DNA from: Vicugna vicugna
Lineage: Eukaryota
Assembly (NCBI GenBank): GCA_013265495.1
Contig: MU057887.1
Coordinates: 507,985-571,984, forward strand
Direction: 5' to 3'
DNA length: 64,000 nt
Every line of letters begins with the position of its first letter. Position 1 is the stretch's first letter. Shown here piece after piece: positions 37,610 through 49,777 of this stretch. A program made the position numbers and the translations under genes. Below the pieces are notes generated by a model. The model saw only the letters and a program-made list of their open reading frames with translations, was not told where the DNA came from and searched no databases.

Positions 37610-38958
37610 CTTAGCAGGTTTCAAAAAAGGAGAGAGAAACAAATACATCAGTGAAGAACATATAATTCACTGTTTTCTAATGTAACAAAGCAGCATAGAT
37701 CAAAGACTAATTCTATAAAAATTATAAGTATCATAATTTAACAGAGTCTCATCCAAATGGACATAAATTTCATTATGAAATATCCATTTAGGTGTATCAT
37801 ACTTCACTTAATAAAAGATTAATAAGGAAGGACTAGTCATACCAGGGTACTAAGATATTTTCCAAAGCTACAGCAATTAAACAGAATTCATCCATTCCCT
37901 TCTTTATTGAACAATACTATATGAGGCACCTACTACATGCAGGTACTGAACTAGACACTGGTTAAACAAAAAGAAACAAATACATATGAGTTTGCTTCTT
38001 GCTAGATTAAGAGATACTATGTAAGCATTCTCAGGAAATAATTGATTTATCAGTTTGCCTTCTTCAGAATGAAGAACAAGCAATGCTATACTTTGATCTT
38101 TTTTTTTTTTAAATCCTCGACTGTTGCCATCTCTGAGGTTTATAGCATGATGTAGTAAGGTGCACGTAGCCTTACCCCGCCGACATTATCTAGAAGGCAA
38201 GACAAACATTTAGGAGTCAGAAAGTCAAGAAGGATGCTGTAAAATTAGAAATGAAGATGACTGGCCAGAGAGGTAGGAGGAAAACCAGCAGAATGTGGTA
38301 TTAGGCCAACTGACAGGTGTTTCAAACAGTGGAAGTGGTTAACTGTGTCAAATGCTGAAAACAGGCCATCATAAAACAAGGACCACACAGTGTATATTGG
38401 TGCTGGTCATAAGAGAGTGAGATGCCAGACCCAATACTAAAGGACATAATTCTGTGAAGGTGACAGTCCAACCATCAGGTTAAATACTGCTACATTTGGA
38501 CTAATGAAATACACTAGTAATACTGGATGGACAGTCGTATTTAGGGAATAAAAATTTATTGTTTCAGTAAAAATTCATACTTTTCAGAAGTATGTCATTA
38601 ATGTCTACTGAAAATATATTTCTAAAAAAACTGAAATAATGAAGAAAGTGAGGTTTGAGGCCAGAAGTCCACGGGGCACCAGACTACTTCATGGCACCCT
38701 TTGTGTCCTTTGGGACTACTGGCCATAACTTGGACTTTCTGTCTGATATGTTCATGTCAATGTTTCTCTCCAATAATTATCTGTCTATAGACATGACATT
38801 TTACCCCAGTTATTTATTATTGTATTTTAAATATAAGTAATAAAACACAAAACTTATAGATTTCTGAAATACTACTGCTTCCTAATAATGGTAAATTTTC
38901 ATTTCCAAATAAGAAAGTTGAGCCTTTTAATTTCAATTAACTAGTCATTTCTAATTAC

Positions 38959-39166
38959 CACAGAATCTGGGTAAAGTCTTTTAAGGTGTTCCAGAATCTC
39001 TGCTCTCTTTTGTTGACGTCTTCCCTCATGGGTATCAATTCCAGCATTTTGCAATTCACTTCTGATAAGATTCAGCTCTTCATTAACTTCAGACATTCTT
39101 GATTTTGTTTCTTCAATTTCATCCACTAGGGTTTCCTCTTGCTCTTTTTTCTCTTTCAAGCAATTC
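38959..39166 (-). CDS. SMC1B: SMC1B exon 9 (208 nt): NCLKEKKEQEETLVDEIEETKSRMSEVNEELNLIRSELQNAGIDTHEGRRQQKRAEILEHLKRLYPDSV
   Basis: TATGTAG acceptor; GTG|GTAATT donor; within ORF 38941..39195. Confidence 0.95.
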
Positions 39167-39757
39167 CTACATAATAATAATACATTATATAGCAAAAAGG
39201 AAAAACCAAAATTAAGGAATTACAAGATACAATATACTCTGGTCTGGCATTGCAGAGGAACAGAATAGTTCTGCATCAATTTGAAATGACGAAAAATACT
39301 ATAAAATAAGCCTAGCACTAAACGTGGGCAAAAGAGACTCTAATCATTCTTTATTGATTCAAAAGATACATATTTCTGCATACTGAAAAATAAAGGATAG
39401 ATCACTAAAACCAGAGCAATCATTAAGAGCTTAATAATAAGCAAAAGCCAATTAAAAAGAAATTCTTCATGGTAGAAATACTTAGGTCATGCTAGCTTTC
39501 ATGACATAACTTTTATCATAAAATATCAATACCAAAACAGAATTTTAAGTTTCACCACTGTTAAACATTTATATTTTCAAAAGTTAAACATTAGTGGTTA
39601 AGTATAATTCTTAATTATCTATAAAGAAATAAAAAAAACAATGGAGGACTGAGAATATTATGATACAGTGGAAGCACTCATCTGATGAGTAAATATACCA
39701 CAAATATACCAGACCCCTGAGATATAGGAAAACTAAAAGGAATTTTAATATACCTAC

Positions 39758-39840
39758 ATGCATGTTTTTGTATACTCCTCCAACTTCTCTATTCGTTTTT
39801 TATGATCCTCTATTTGTTCTTTTATTTGTTTTAGATTTTC
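39758..39840 (-). CDS. SMC1B: SMC1B exon 8 (83 nt): ENLKQIKEQIEDHKKRIEKLEEYTKTC(M)
   Basis: CCTATTCTAG acceptor; AT|GTAGGT donor; the phase-2 end joins exon 9 to form ATG. Confidence 0.94.
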
Positions 39841-39987
39841 CTAGAATAGGAAATGAAACCTGAAATCAATTACAACTCTAAACAAATAAAATTATTTTTC
39901 ACTATATTCCTAGAGCTTACTATAATAGTAAAGTTGTAAATTTGAAATATATCATACATAACCATGTGAAGATTCTCATAAGAGCAA

Positions 39988-40155
39988 GTTTTTTTTTAAT
40001 CACTTGTGATTTCTTTTTTTTGTTTTAGTTTTTTTTGGGGGGCGGGGATGGAATTAGGTTTCATTTATTTTAATGGAGGTACTGGCAATTGAACCCAAGA
40101 CCTCATGTATGCTACTACGCATGCTCTCTACCACTTAAAGTATACCCTCTCCCAC
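39988..40155 (-). mobile_element. tRNA-derived SINE (Vic-1-like) with TSD, sense to SMC1B
   Basis: Reverse complement reads gtgggagagggtata..taagtggtagag...ttgggttcaattgccagtacctccatt + 'aaacctaatt..cccc' tail; TSD cataagagcaa at 39977-39987 and 40156-40166. Confidence 0.85.
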
Positions 40156-41481
40156 CATAAGAGCAAATTTTAATTTTGAAAAGGCACTATGGCATAGAGC
40201 ATTGAGGTTCCAAGAATCAGTGTTCAAATCCTGGCTCCACCATTTACTAGATAGCTGATCTCCAGCAAATTTACTTTGTTAACTTCAAATTCCAAGGGGA
40301 TCATTTTCAAATATCTACATATAGTTCTTATTTATCTCTCAAACTAACTCATTCAATAAATATTTATTCACTGGCTGCCATGTGCTAAGAACTAAAGATA
40401 TAATAATGAACAGGACAGAGTCCCCACTCTCAAGGACTAAGGCCAATGTAGGCTTATGGGAGAGGACTTGAAAAAAGTCTTGCCCCTTTCACTTTATCAC
40501 TAAATCCAAGGACTGTGCTGGTTTCCAATTCGTTTATCCTTAACCTTCCCCCTGTCTAATTCATCCTATGTGTTACAGCAAGATTAATTTGTCTTACTAA
40601 ATGATCTAAAACCAGAAGTGTGGAAGAGTAAAAAATACAATTCTTTTTCAGTATACAACACCAGGAGGGAGAAGAAATACCACAATTTTCAGGTGGAAAA
40701 GGACAAACAATTATCATGAAGATAATGTTCTCATTTTACTCATTTATCACACATATTCACTGAACAAATATCTACTATGCTAGGTGCCATAGTTATAAAA
40801 ATGATCAAGATGTAATTCCTTTCCTTCAGGAACTCATACATTTTGAAATTAGAGCTTCCATATTGAAATTCTGTTATCTCACTTAAGAATTCCATTCAAA
40901 GAGGCAAAAACAAGATTAGGTGACGTCAAAGACCACATTGACCTGCCTCCATCTTTTCTCTGGCCACTCCCAGGGCTTATGTCAGGTCATGTGGGCTCCC
41001 TCGTACTCATGACTTCACATGCCAGATGGGTTCTTAGGGGCCACCACCTGTTATGCCAAGGGCTTGGAAGAAGATTCAGACATGGCTTAAGTTGAAGAAT
41101 TGGCGTTACTGGAGAAAATGTAAAAGGCCAGGGACATCATTACACATGGCAATGGTCAGGGCCTGGATGTCCTATTGGGCACAAAATGGGGGATAATCAG
41201 ACTGCCTTGGTACCAGGTATTCTGGATTTGAGATGCCAGCTGATCATGCTAGTCGTCCAGAAAAACCAACTCCTGCCCAGCACCTAGCAATCTTGGGATC
41301 TGTGGAAAGTAATAGCCCCTGCCACCTAGAAACCACCATTCCTGTGGGAAACTGAGTATGGGTACGTATTTTTTCACCTCTTTCCACACTGAAAAGTTAT
41401 TTCTTCTTCTATCAGTGTTTCTGTATTTAAAAGACAACAGAGATTCAATCATCACTCACTGATATGTATTAAGTACACAGG

Positions 41482-43510
41482 AATTAAAATGGACATACCA
41501 CCCATGGCAATCTACAGATTCACTGCAATCCCTATTAATATACCAAAGGCATTTTTCACAGAACTAGGATAATTATAAAATTTGAATGGGAACACAAAAG
41601 ACCCTAAATAGTGAAAACAATCTTGAGAAAGAATAGAACTGAGCAGTATCATGGTTCTTGAGTTCAAACTATACTACAACGCTACAGTAATCAAAACAGT
41701 GCAGTACTGGCATAAAAACACTCATAGATCAATGGAACAGGATACAGAGCCAAGAAATAAACCCACACTTATGTGGGTAATTAATCTGTGACAAAGGAGG
41801 CAAGAATATACAATGGGGAAAAGACAGCCTCTTCAACAAGTGGTGTTGGGAAAACTGGACAGCTACATGCAGAAGAATCAAACTGGACTACTCTCCCATC
41901 AAGCACAAAAATAAATTCAAAATGGATTAAAGACTAAAATACAAGACCTAAAACTGTAAAACTTCTAGAAGAAAACATAGGCATAGGCAGTACACTCTGA
42001 CCCTGGTCTTCGTAATTTTTGGATATGTCTCTTCAAACAAGGAAAACAAAAGCAAAAATAAACAAATGGGACTAGATCAAACTAAAAAGCTTTTGCACAG
42101 GGAAGGAAACTATCAACAAAATGAAAAGGCCGCTTACTGAATGGTAGATATTTGCAAATAATATATCCAATAAGGGGTTACCATCCAAAATATACAAAGA
42201 ACTCATACAGCTCTGTATCAAAAAAAATTTTTAAATGCGCAGGGGATCTGAACAGACATTTCTCCAAGGAAGACATACAGATAGCCAACAGGCACACAAA
42301 AAGTTGCTCAGCATCACTAATTGTCAGGGAAATGCAAATCAAAACCATAATGAGCTATCACCTCACATCTGCCAGAATGGCTATCACCAACAAGACAACT
42401 AGTAAGTGCTGCCAACGATGTGGAGAAATCCTCGTGTACTGTTGGTAGGAATGTGAACTAGTGCAGCCACTGTGGGCAACAGGATGGAGACTCCTCATAA
42501 AATTAAAAATTGAACTAACATATGATCCAGCAATACGACTGCTGGGTATTTATGCAAAGAAAACAAAAACACTAATTTGAAAAGGTAAGTGTACCGCTAC
42601 ATTCATAGCAGCATTATTTACAATAGCCATTGTGTATGTATATGTACATACACACACAAAATGGAATATTACTCAGCCATAAAAGGATGGAATCTTGCCA
42701 TTTGCAACAATATAGATGGATGTAAAGGGTATTATGCTAAGTGAATGGGGCAGACAGAGAAAGATGAATACTGTATGATTTCACTTATATATGGAATCTA
42801 ACAGGAACAAAACAAATGAACAACCATAAAAAACATAAACAGAGCTAGAGATACACAGAACAAACAGGTGTTTGTCAGAGGGGAGGGGGATAAGGGGAGG
42901 AAGAAATAGGAGAGAGAGATTAAGAGGTACAAACTTCCAGTTGCAAAATAAATGAGTCACAGGTATGAAATGTACAGTGTGGGGAATATAGCTAACAACT
43001 ATGTAATACGTTTGTAAGGTGACACAGCATAACTAGACTTGCTGTGGCCATCAGTTTGAAACGTATGGAAATACCAAATAACTACATTGTGTAACAGGAA
43101 CTACCACAGTGTTATAGATTAATTATACTTCAAAACCAAACAAACTCATAGAAAAAGAGACCAGATTTATGGTTACTAGAGAGGCAGGAGGGCGGGAGGG
43201 AGAACTGGATGAATGCAGTCAAAAGGTACAAACTTCCGGTTATAAGATAAAGAAATACTAGGGATGTAATGCACAACATGATAAATATAATTAACACTGC
43301 TGTATGTTACATAGAAAGTTAAAAGAGTAAATCCTAAGAGTTCAATCATAAAAATTTTTTCAAAATTTCTTTAATTTTGTACTTACATGAGAGAATAATG
43401 TTCAAACTATTGTGATAATCACTTCACGATGTAAGTCAAATCATTATGTAGTATAATTAAACTTAAACAGTGCTATATGTCAATTATATCTCAATAAAAC
43501 TGGAAGGGAA
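41482..43510 (+). mobile_element. 5'-truncated LINE-1 (ORF2 3' part + bipartite 3' UTR, L1MA9-like)
   Basis: 'gcaatctacagattcactgcaatccc', '[16 protein letters not shown]...REMQIKT' (ORF 42152..42448); terminal 'caattatatctcaataaaactgga'. Confidence 0.9.
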
Positions 43511-43519
43511 AAAATTTTT

Positions 43520-44028
43520 TTACATTCATAAACGTTTAGTCAGACTCATTAAGAAAAAAAAAAAGAGGGCCAAATAAATAAAACCAGAAACAAAAGAAGA
43601 GAAGTAATAAACGACATCATAGTAATACAAAGGATCATTAAGAAATTACTATGAACGATTACACACCAATAAAATGGGCAGCCTAGAATAAATGTATAAA
43701 TTCCTATAAATGTACAATCTCCTAAGACTGAATCAAGAAGAGACAGAAAATATGAATAGCTCAATTACCATTAATGAAATCAAATTAGTAATTTAAAAAA
43801 ACCCAACGAACAAAAGTCCAAGACCAGATGGCCTCACAGGTGAATTCCACCAAATATTCAAAGAAGGGTTAACCCCTATCCTTCTCAAACTATTTCAAAA
43901 AACTGAAGAGGAAGTAATGCTTCTGAACTAATTCTACAAGGCCAACATCATCCTAATACCAAAACCAGACAAAGACACCATACAAAAAAGAAAATTACAG
44001 GCCAATTTCACTGATGAACATAGATGTA
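43520..44028 (+). mobile_element. LINE-1 ORF2 internal fragment (linker/RT start)
   Basis: 'aaaagtccaagaccagatggcctcacaggtgaattccaccaaa' (KSPGPDG-like) and 'aaaattacaggccaatttcactgatgaacatagatg' (NYRPISLMNID). Confidence 0.88.
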
Positions 44029-46274
44029 CTTCAATTCCCACCACCTAGTATAGGGAATAAGCTATATTACTTTCTATTTCCAGGTCATTACAGTTAAAGA
44101 ACTATGAACTATAAAATGTTAAATAATTTAAACATGTAAGTTTGATATCAAGTACCAGACAGTCTATAATTTCTTAAACAGAAATATATTCAAATGCAGA
44201 AGAGTACATAATGTTAGATATTATCAACCTTGCATGTAACTGACCTCGCATTTTAAACCATAATTTATCAAGCAATTAAGATGGAGTCTACTGCGATATT
44301 GTGCTATATTACGGTGTACTCACCAAAAATCATGCAATATTTCTCAATGTCAATGTTGTTGAAAATAATCACAGAGAAAAACAGGGGGAAATGGATGAAT
44401 TAAAGAGAACCTAGTTTAATTCTCACACTAAATTTTAAAAAACTTAGGATTGAGCATATAAGGGAGAAAACAAAGTACAAATAAGACTTTCCAGAGATGT
44501 GTAAAGATAAATGTTGTCAATTTTTCATCACCTCCAAAGGAAATTGGTTTCTCAATTAACAGATGTTTCCACAGATTAGAAAGGGTAAATTTACTGAAAA
44601 CATATCTTTTAATATACAGAACAGTCTACCTTCTGGTATGATAGAGGAATGCACTATTCTGATTTATCTAAAATCTCAGTTAACAGAAAATTAGCAATCA
44701 AATAATTAGAATGGAAACAATACCCTAAAGTGAGCTGAAAAGAATTCAATATTGATGGTTCCCAAATCTTTCAGTGGCTCAGAATTACGATATGAATATC
44801 AATTCTTACTGAACTAAGGCTATTTGGAACAGCATTTAATAGTCTGATTGATATAAAAGGTACTAAAGCCTTTCTTCTTTGTATACATTTCATAGCCAAA
44901 TGCATTTTTCTTTCAACTCAGAATATGCGCTACATATTTCATATATGTTTAAGATCTTTATTAAAAACTCTAATTTTTACTACACTGAAGTAAATAAACG
45001 ATGGGGTATCAAAAGAAAGGACCTTAATCTCAGAGAGCTTGTGGAGCACAGCCAACCACCTGCCTCTTTCCCCAATGGAAGGGAATGAAGGCCTCTGGGA
45101 ACAGACCCCATGGATTGATGCCTAATGACCTACAAGGTTATTCTTAAAGATTAACTGACCCATCACAGTGATGTTACACAACCCTCTAAGCATCAAAGAT
45201 GTCTGGAACAAATTTGAAGATTTGAGGCCAATAAACTCTAGCCAAATTTAATTATATATAAATCAGGAACATCAATAGTTCACCCTAGATATGTATAGAC
45301 ACATACGCTCATATATTACATATATGGGATACTTCTGAAGGATGCATAAGAAAGTGTTAACAGCTATGGGTGTGGACTCTCTAAGTGGGAGTGTGGAGTG
45401 GCTAAAAGTCTTCTCTTCATATTCCTTTGCAAATTTACCATATGCATATATTACTTTTTCAATAAAACCTAATTAAAAATTAAATACATAAAGTTATGAG
45501 AAATGTAGACATCAAGGCAGAAAATTTAGAAAAGAAAAAACCAGGATGAGAACAAAGTAATAGTATCTTCCTCACAGTGGTTTGAGGATTAAATACATTG
45601 GGTTTATGGCAGTGATGTAAACACGGCATATACGTGGTATGTACAAACAAACACTACATTATAATTATATTGTTGTTATCCCTGGAAGATGTCAGACCCA
45701 TTTCTAGAGACGTACTTCCTAGCCCTCAGTTCCTTCATTTGTACCCTACAGCAAAACCTAACTCTATGGTATTATTGTGAGATGTAAATGAGCTAATAAA
45801 CGAAAAGTGTCTAGCAAAGTAATCAATAAACTTTTTCTCCCCTAAATTCCAAATATATATATAATTTAGAACATTTCTCCCCCCCAAAAAGCCTAGAACC
45901 TTTCCCCATTGTGATTCTTGTTAGAAATTGTGGTCACATTTTTAGGATGGCCCACAGACTACATAATATATGGTAAACTTCTGTTATCGTTGAATTGTCA
46001 CAGTATTTTTACAGCCCAATTCTCAGTTTTTAGAAAAGATCACGAGACTTAAGAGGGAAAGGTGCTTAGTGTATTACCACATTCACTGTCATCTTATTCA
46101 ACCTGCCATCACTATGAGGTAGACATACCTATCCTCGTTGCATAAATAAAGAAATCAAAGCTCAGAGAAGTGAAATGATTTAATTATAGCAACACAAATC
46201 AGTGACAGAATAAGACTGGCTGGAAGCCAGGTCTGCCTTACTCTAAGGCAGAACACTATAAAGTTGTCTCTTTT

Positions 46275-46420
46275 TCTGTTATTTATTTATTTATTTACTT
46301 ATTTTAATTGAAGCATAGTCAGTTATGGTGCATTAATTTCTGGTATACAGCACAGTGATTCAGTTATATGCATATATATACACATATATTCCTTTTCATA
46401 TTCATTTCATTACAGGCTAT
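46275..46420 (-). mobile_element. Short LINE-1 3' terminus, sense to SMC1B
   Basis: (TTTA)n tail followed by 'aattgaagcatagtcagtta...tttctggtatacagcacagtgattcagttata'; same terminus type as the element at 19707. Confidence 0.8.
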
Positions 46421-46876
46421 GTAATGCCTTGGGCGGTTATAGATAAGCAAGGAAAGGTCACTTCTGATGTAGACTATTAAGCTCCTCTTTGGCTATGCCC
46501 CTAATGTTTCCAAATGACTTTCCATTCACCTGTATCATGATACTTATTTGTTTTTTCCCTTTGTCTGTCCCCCACTAACCTCACTGGACTAAATTACATG
46601 TAAGAACAGACAATGTCACCTGCCCACGCATATCACTGTATAGCTGTGCAGAAGGTGTTTACTGACGACAAAAATGAAGGCACTGTCTATTTATACCTTA
46701 GACCATGAAAGAGCACAAAATGATACTAAGCAGCACAACAGGTAATCCAGAAATCTTAATTAATTCCTTAATTAATTCCTGATATATACCCATTTATATA
46801 CCGAAAAGTCAGTACAAAAAGGGAATAAAATTTCATGGAAAATAATTCTAAATCATTATTGCACAAACCAAGGTAC

Positions 46877-47017
46877 CTGAACTACTCCATGCCTTCTCTT
46901 TTCAAATGCCAGTCTGTCTTCATCGGCCTTCTGTTCCCACCGTAGTTTTTCCAGTTGTTGGGTCTTTAAAGCCACTTTCTTTCTTACTTGTTCCTTAAGT
47001 TCTTTATAACGATCCAG
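46877..47017 (-). CDS. SMC1B: SMC1B exon 7 (141 nt): LDRYKELKEQVRKKVALKTQQLEKLRWEQKADEDRLAFEKRRHGVVQ
   Basis: TTTTATACAG acceptor; CAG|GTACCT donor; 47 open codons. Confidence 0.95.
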
Positions 47018-47994
47018 CTGTATAAAAGGCATTTAAACATTGCTACCTCACTTAAAGAAGCATGAGAGGAAATTCTTTATATCATATCCTTTACTAGCAG
47101 ATAACTAAACTTCTCAAAAGTACATTTTACATAAATTAGATCATAAATGGCCATCTTCTCCAGCTAAGGAACTGTGAACATAAAATAAACATTGTCTTAT
47201 TTAAAATTGCTTAGATAGATCAATAAGGTATTCAAAACCAACTCTATAAGGTCTCTGTAAGAAATTCTTAAAAGAGAAAGCAGATTAAAACTCATTAATA
47301 GTCCAGAAGCAAGAGGAGTTCAGAGAAAATTACATCTTCTTTCTATTTATATAGTCACAATTATTTTAGTATATATTTTATGATATAAGATTATCATAAA
47401 ATTAACGGAAGAGATAAATGATAGAAATTTAGTTGAGAGTATAATTAAAAATTCTCAATTACAAATTTTTGGATATCTACTATCGATTTATTATAGTTAA
47501 AGCTTATAAACTAAATTGGATATTAATTCATTACTTAACATTTTAAATCATCTTAAGTAAATCGATTTCCTTGTCAATTAAGTGATCATGTCTCTTCAAA
47601 GCCATATATTATCTGACTTTTAAGTTTTTACAACATTAGTAAGAAAAAAAAGACTACCTTACATGTGAACATAATTTAATTACCTAAAACATAAGAATAT
47701 AATTTAATTACCTAACTTTTGTTACAGAATGATACCATGTATCTTATTGACGTATTTTCTTTGACTTTAATTTGCTCAAAAATGTTATGTCATCTAATCT
47801 TATGAAGGAAAAAAACCTAGAATAAAGATTACATTTAGATTCTAGATACATAGCCTGAATCTAAATCCCCATAACTTAAATTCTGAGGACAACACTTAAA
47901 ATATCAGAAAGAGATGTTATCCTTTAAATTTTTTCTAATGAAAAGGAGAAGCTGAAACGTAGAAACATGGTTTCCCACACGTTGACTTTTTCAC

Positions 47995-48253
47995 CTGACT
48001 GGCTTCTAGTTCAATATCTCGCCCTTTATGTACGGCTTCTTCCTCAATCTGCTTTTCAAAACTTCTCCATGCAACATCTAAATCAATCAGCTCTGTCTCT
48101 AAGGCTTTTATATCATCTTCCTGTTTAGAACATTGTTTTTCACTGTCCTTCATTGATTTCTTAGCCACATCTAATTTCTTGAGGTGGTGAGAAGTGTTTT
48201 CCTTAGCTTTAATGTATTGAGGCCTCTTCTGATTTAAAAGTGCTTCAAGAGAT
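47995..48253 (-). CDS. SMC1B: SMC1B exon 6 (259 nt): SLEALLNQKRPQYIKAKENTSHHLKKLDVAKKSMKDSEKQCSKQEDDIKALETELIDLDVAWRSFEKQIEEEAVHKGRDIELEASQ
   Basis: TTTCTTTTTAG acceptor; CAG|GTGAAA donor; phase matches exon 5. Confidence 0.95.
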
Positions 48254-48364
48254 CTAAAAAGAAAAATAAAGTTTGCTTTAAAGGAAATTAAATTGTATAA
48301 TATATAAAGGAAGAAGTTCTTTTGATTAAATTATACATTTGAAAAGAAATGCTAAAAATTGACT

Positions 48365-49455
48365 TTCAGAGCTAAGCGAATCAGTGATTGCCAGACATTG
48401 GAGGGAGAACTGAATAGGTAACACACAGAGAAATTTTTTAAGGGTGATAAACTACTCTGTATGATACTGTAGTGGTGGACATATGACATCATGCATTTGT
48501 CAAAACTTACATGGTTTTACAGCACCAAAAGTGAACTGTAATGAATGCAAATTTTTAAAAACCACTTAGGAAGCCAAGGGATCCTAGATGGAATACAGAA
48601 TGTGACAAAAGAATTAACTGTATTAAAAAGTTATGAAACAACCTTACTGAAGAAGGTGGAGGGGAAAGGTGCTAACCGAAATCACTTTGGAAATGAGTAG
48701 AGTTTGTAAAACTAAAAGCAAAAGGAACTGTACATAAGCATTGTACTCTAGTAGATAAAGCTGCTTCCCACAAGGATATGGGTTAACAATTCTGATACCA
48801 CCACAAGTAATTACTGGAATTGAACAGTTAAGCAAACAGATGGGAGAGAGTGGAACCCAGGTTTCCTACTGTTGGAATGGGCAGTTACAGATAAGCAAGA
48901 AAAGGCCAACATCAACAGCAATATCACTTGATATTATGATATATTAGATGGTAAGTCATATACCATATATGATATGTTTACATCTCTGATACAATGTGAT
49001 GATAATGGCATTTTACCTCTATTATCTTCTTCCCCAAAACCCATCAACTCTTATCTAATTATGAGAAAACTATCAGACAAATCCTAACTGAGACACATTC
49101 TACAAAAAACCTGACCGATGCTCCTTAAAACTGTCAAGGTCACCAAAAATAAGAAAGTTTGAGAAACAAGCACAACTAAAAGGAGCCTAAGGAGACATGA
49201 TGACTAAACGTAATATAGCATGCTGGATCAGAAAAACAACATTAGGTAAAACCTAAAAATATATGAATAAAGTATGAACTTTAGTTAATAATGTATCAAT
49301 ATTGGTTCATCGATTCTGACAAATAGATTGTACTACTAATGTAAGATGTTATAAGTGAGAGAAATTGAGTGCGAGTAGTGTGGGAACTCTCCATACTACC
49401 CTTAAAATTGTTCTGTATATCTAGAAGTATTCCAAAGCAAAAAGTTTATTCAAAA
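48365..49455 (+). mobile_element. LINE-1 3' UTR (L1MC-like) filling most of intron 5
   Basis: 'atcagtgattgccag', 'actctgtatgatactgtagtggtgga', 'tccttaaaactgtcaaggtcaccaaaa' and 'gggaactctccatactacc'. Confidence 0.8.
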
Positions 49456-49538
49456 AATCAAAATGTTACTTATATTCTTATTTTCTCTATCAATCTACAT
49501 AAAATCCAACTGTTAAAAACTTTTTAAAAAAACCTCAC

Positions 49539-49777
49539 TTTAATTCTTTTTCTGTTTGTTGTAGTTGTCTGCTCAACATTCCATGTTCCTTTTTCTTGGC
49601 TTTAACTATGTTTTCATGACAAGAAAGAGACTCTTTCGTGACACGCAAATCCTTATTCACACGCTCTAACTCAGTGTTTAGAAAATGAATTTTTTTCTCA
49701 TTATGATACAGTTGGAAAAGCTGTAGTTGTATCTTGTTTATTTTCAGTTCTTCAAGGAGACTCTGGTAACGTTCTGC
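49539..49777 (-). CDS. SMC1B: SMC1B exon 5 (239 nt): AERYQSLLEELKINKIQLQLFQLYHNEKKIHFLNTELERVNKDLRVTKESLSCHENIVKAKKKEHGMLSRQLQQTEKELK
   Basis: TTTTATAG acceptor; AA|GTGAGG donor; translated by hand, open frame, coiled coil. Confidence 0.95.

Noticed and set aside
47670..47716. 17-bp direct repeat ATAATTTAATTACCTAA x2, and other short tandem duplications (~17005-17060, ~34398-34448, ~46755-46780)
   Set aside because: Two to four copies of AT-rich units, consistent with replication slippage; no repeat-spacer array (not CRISPR-like) and no associated genes.
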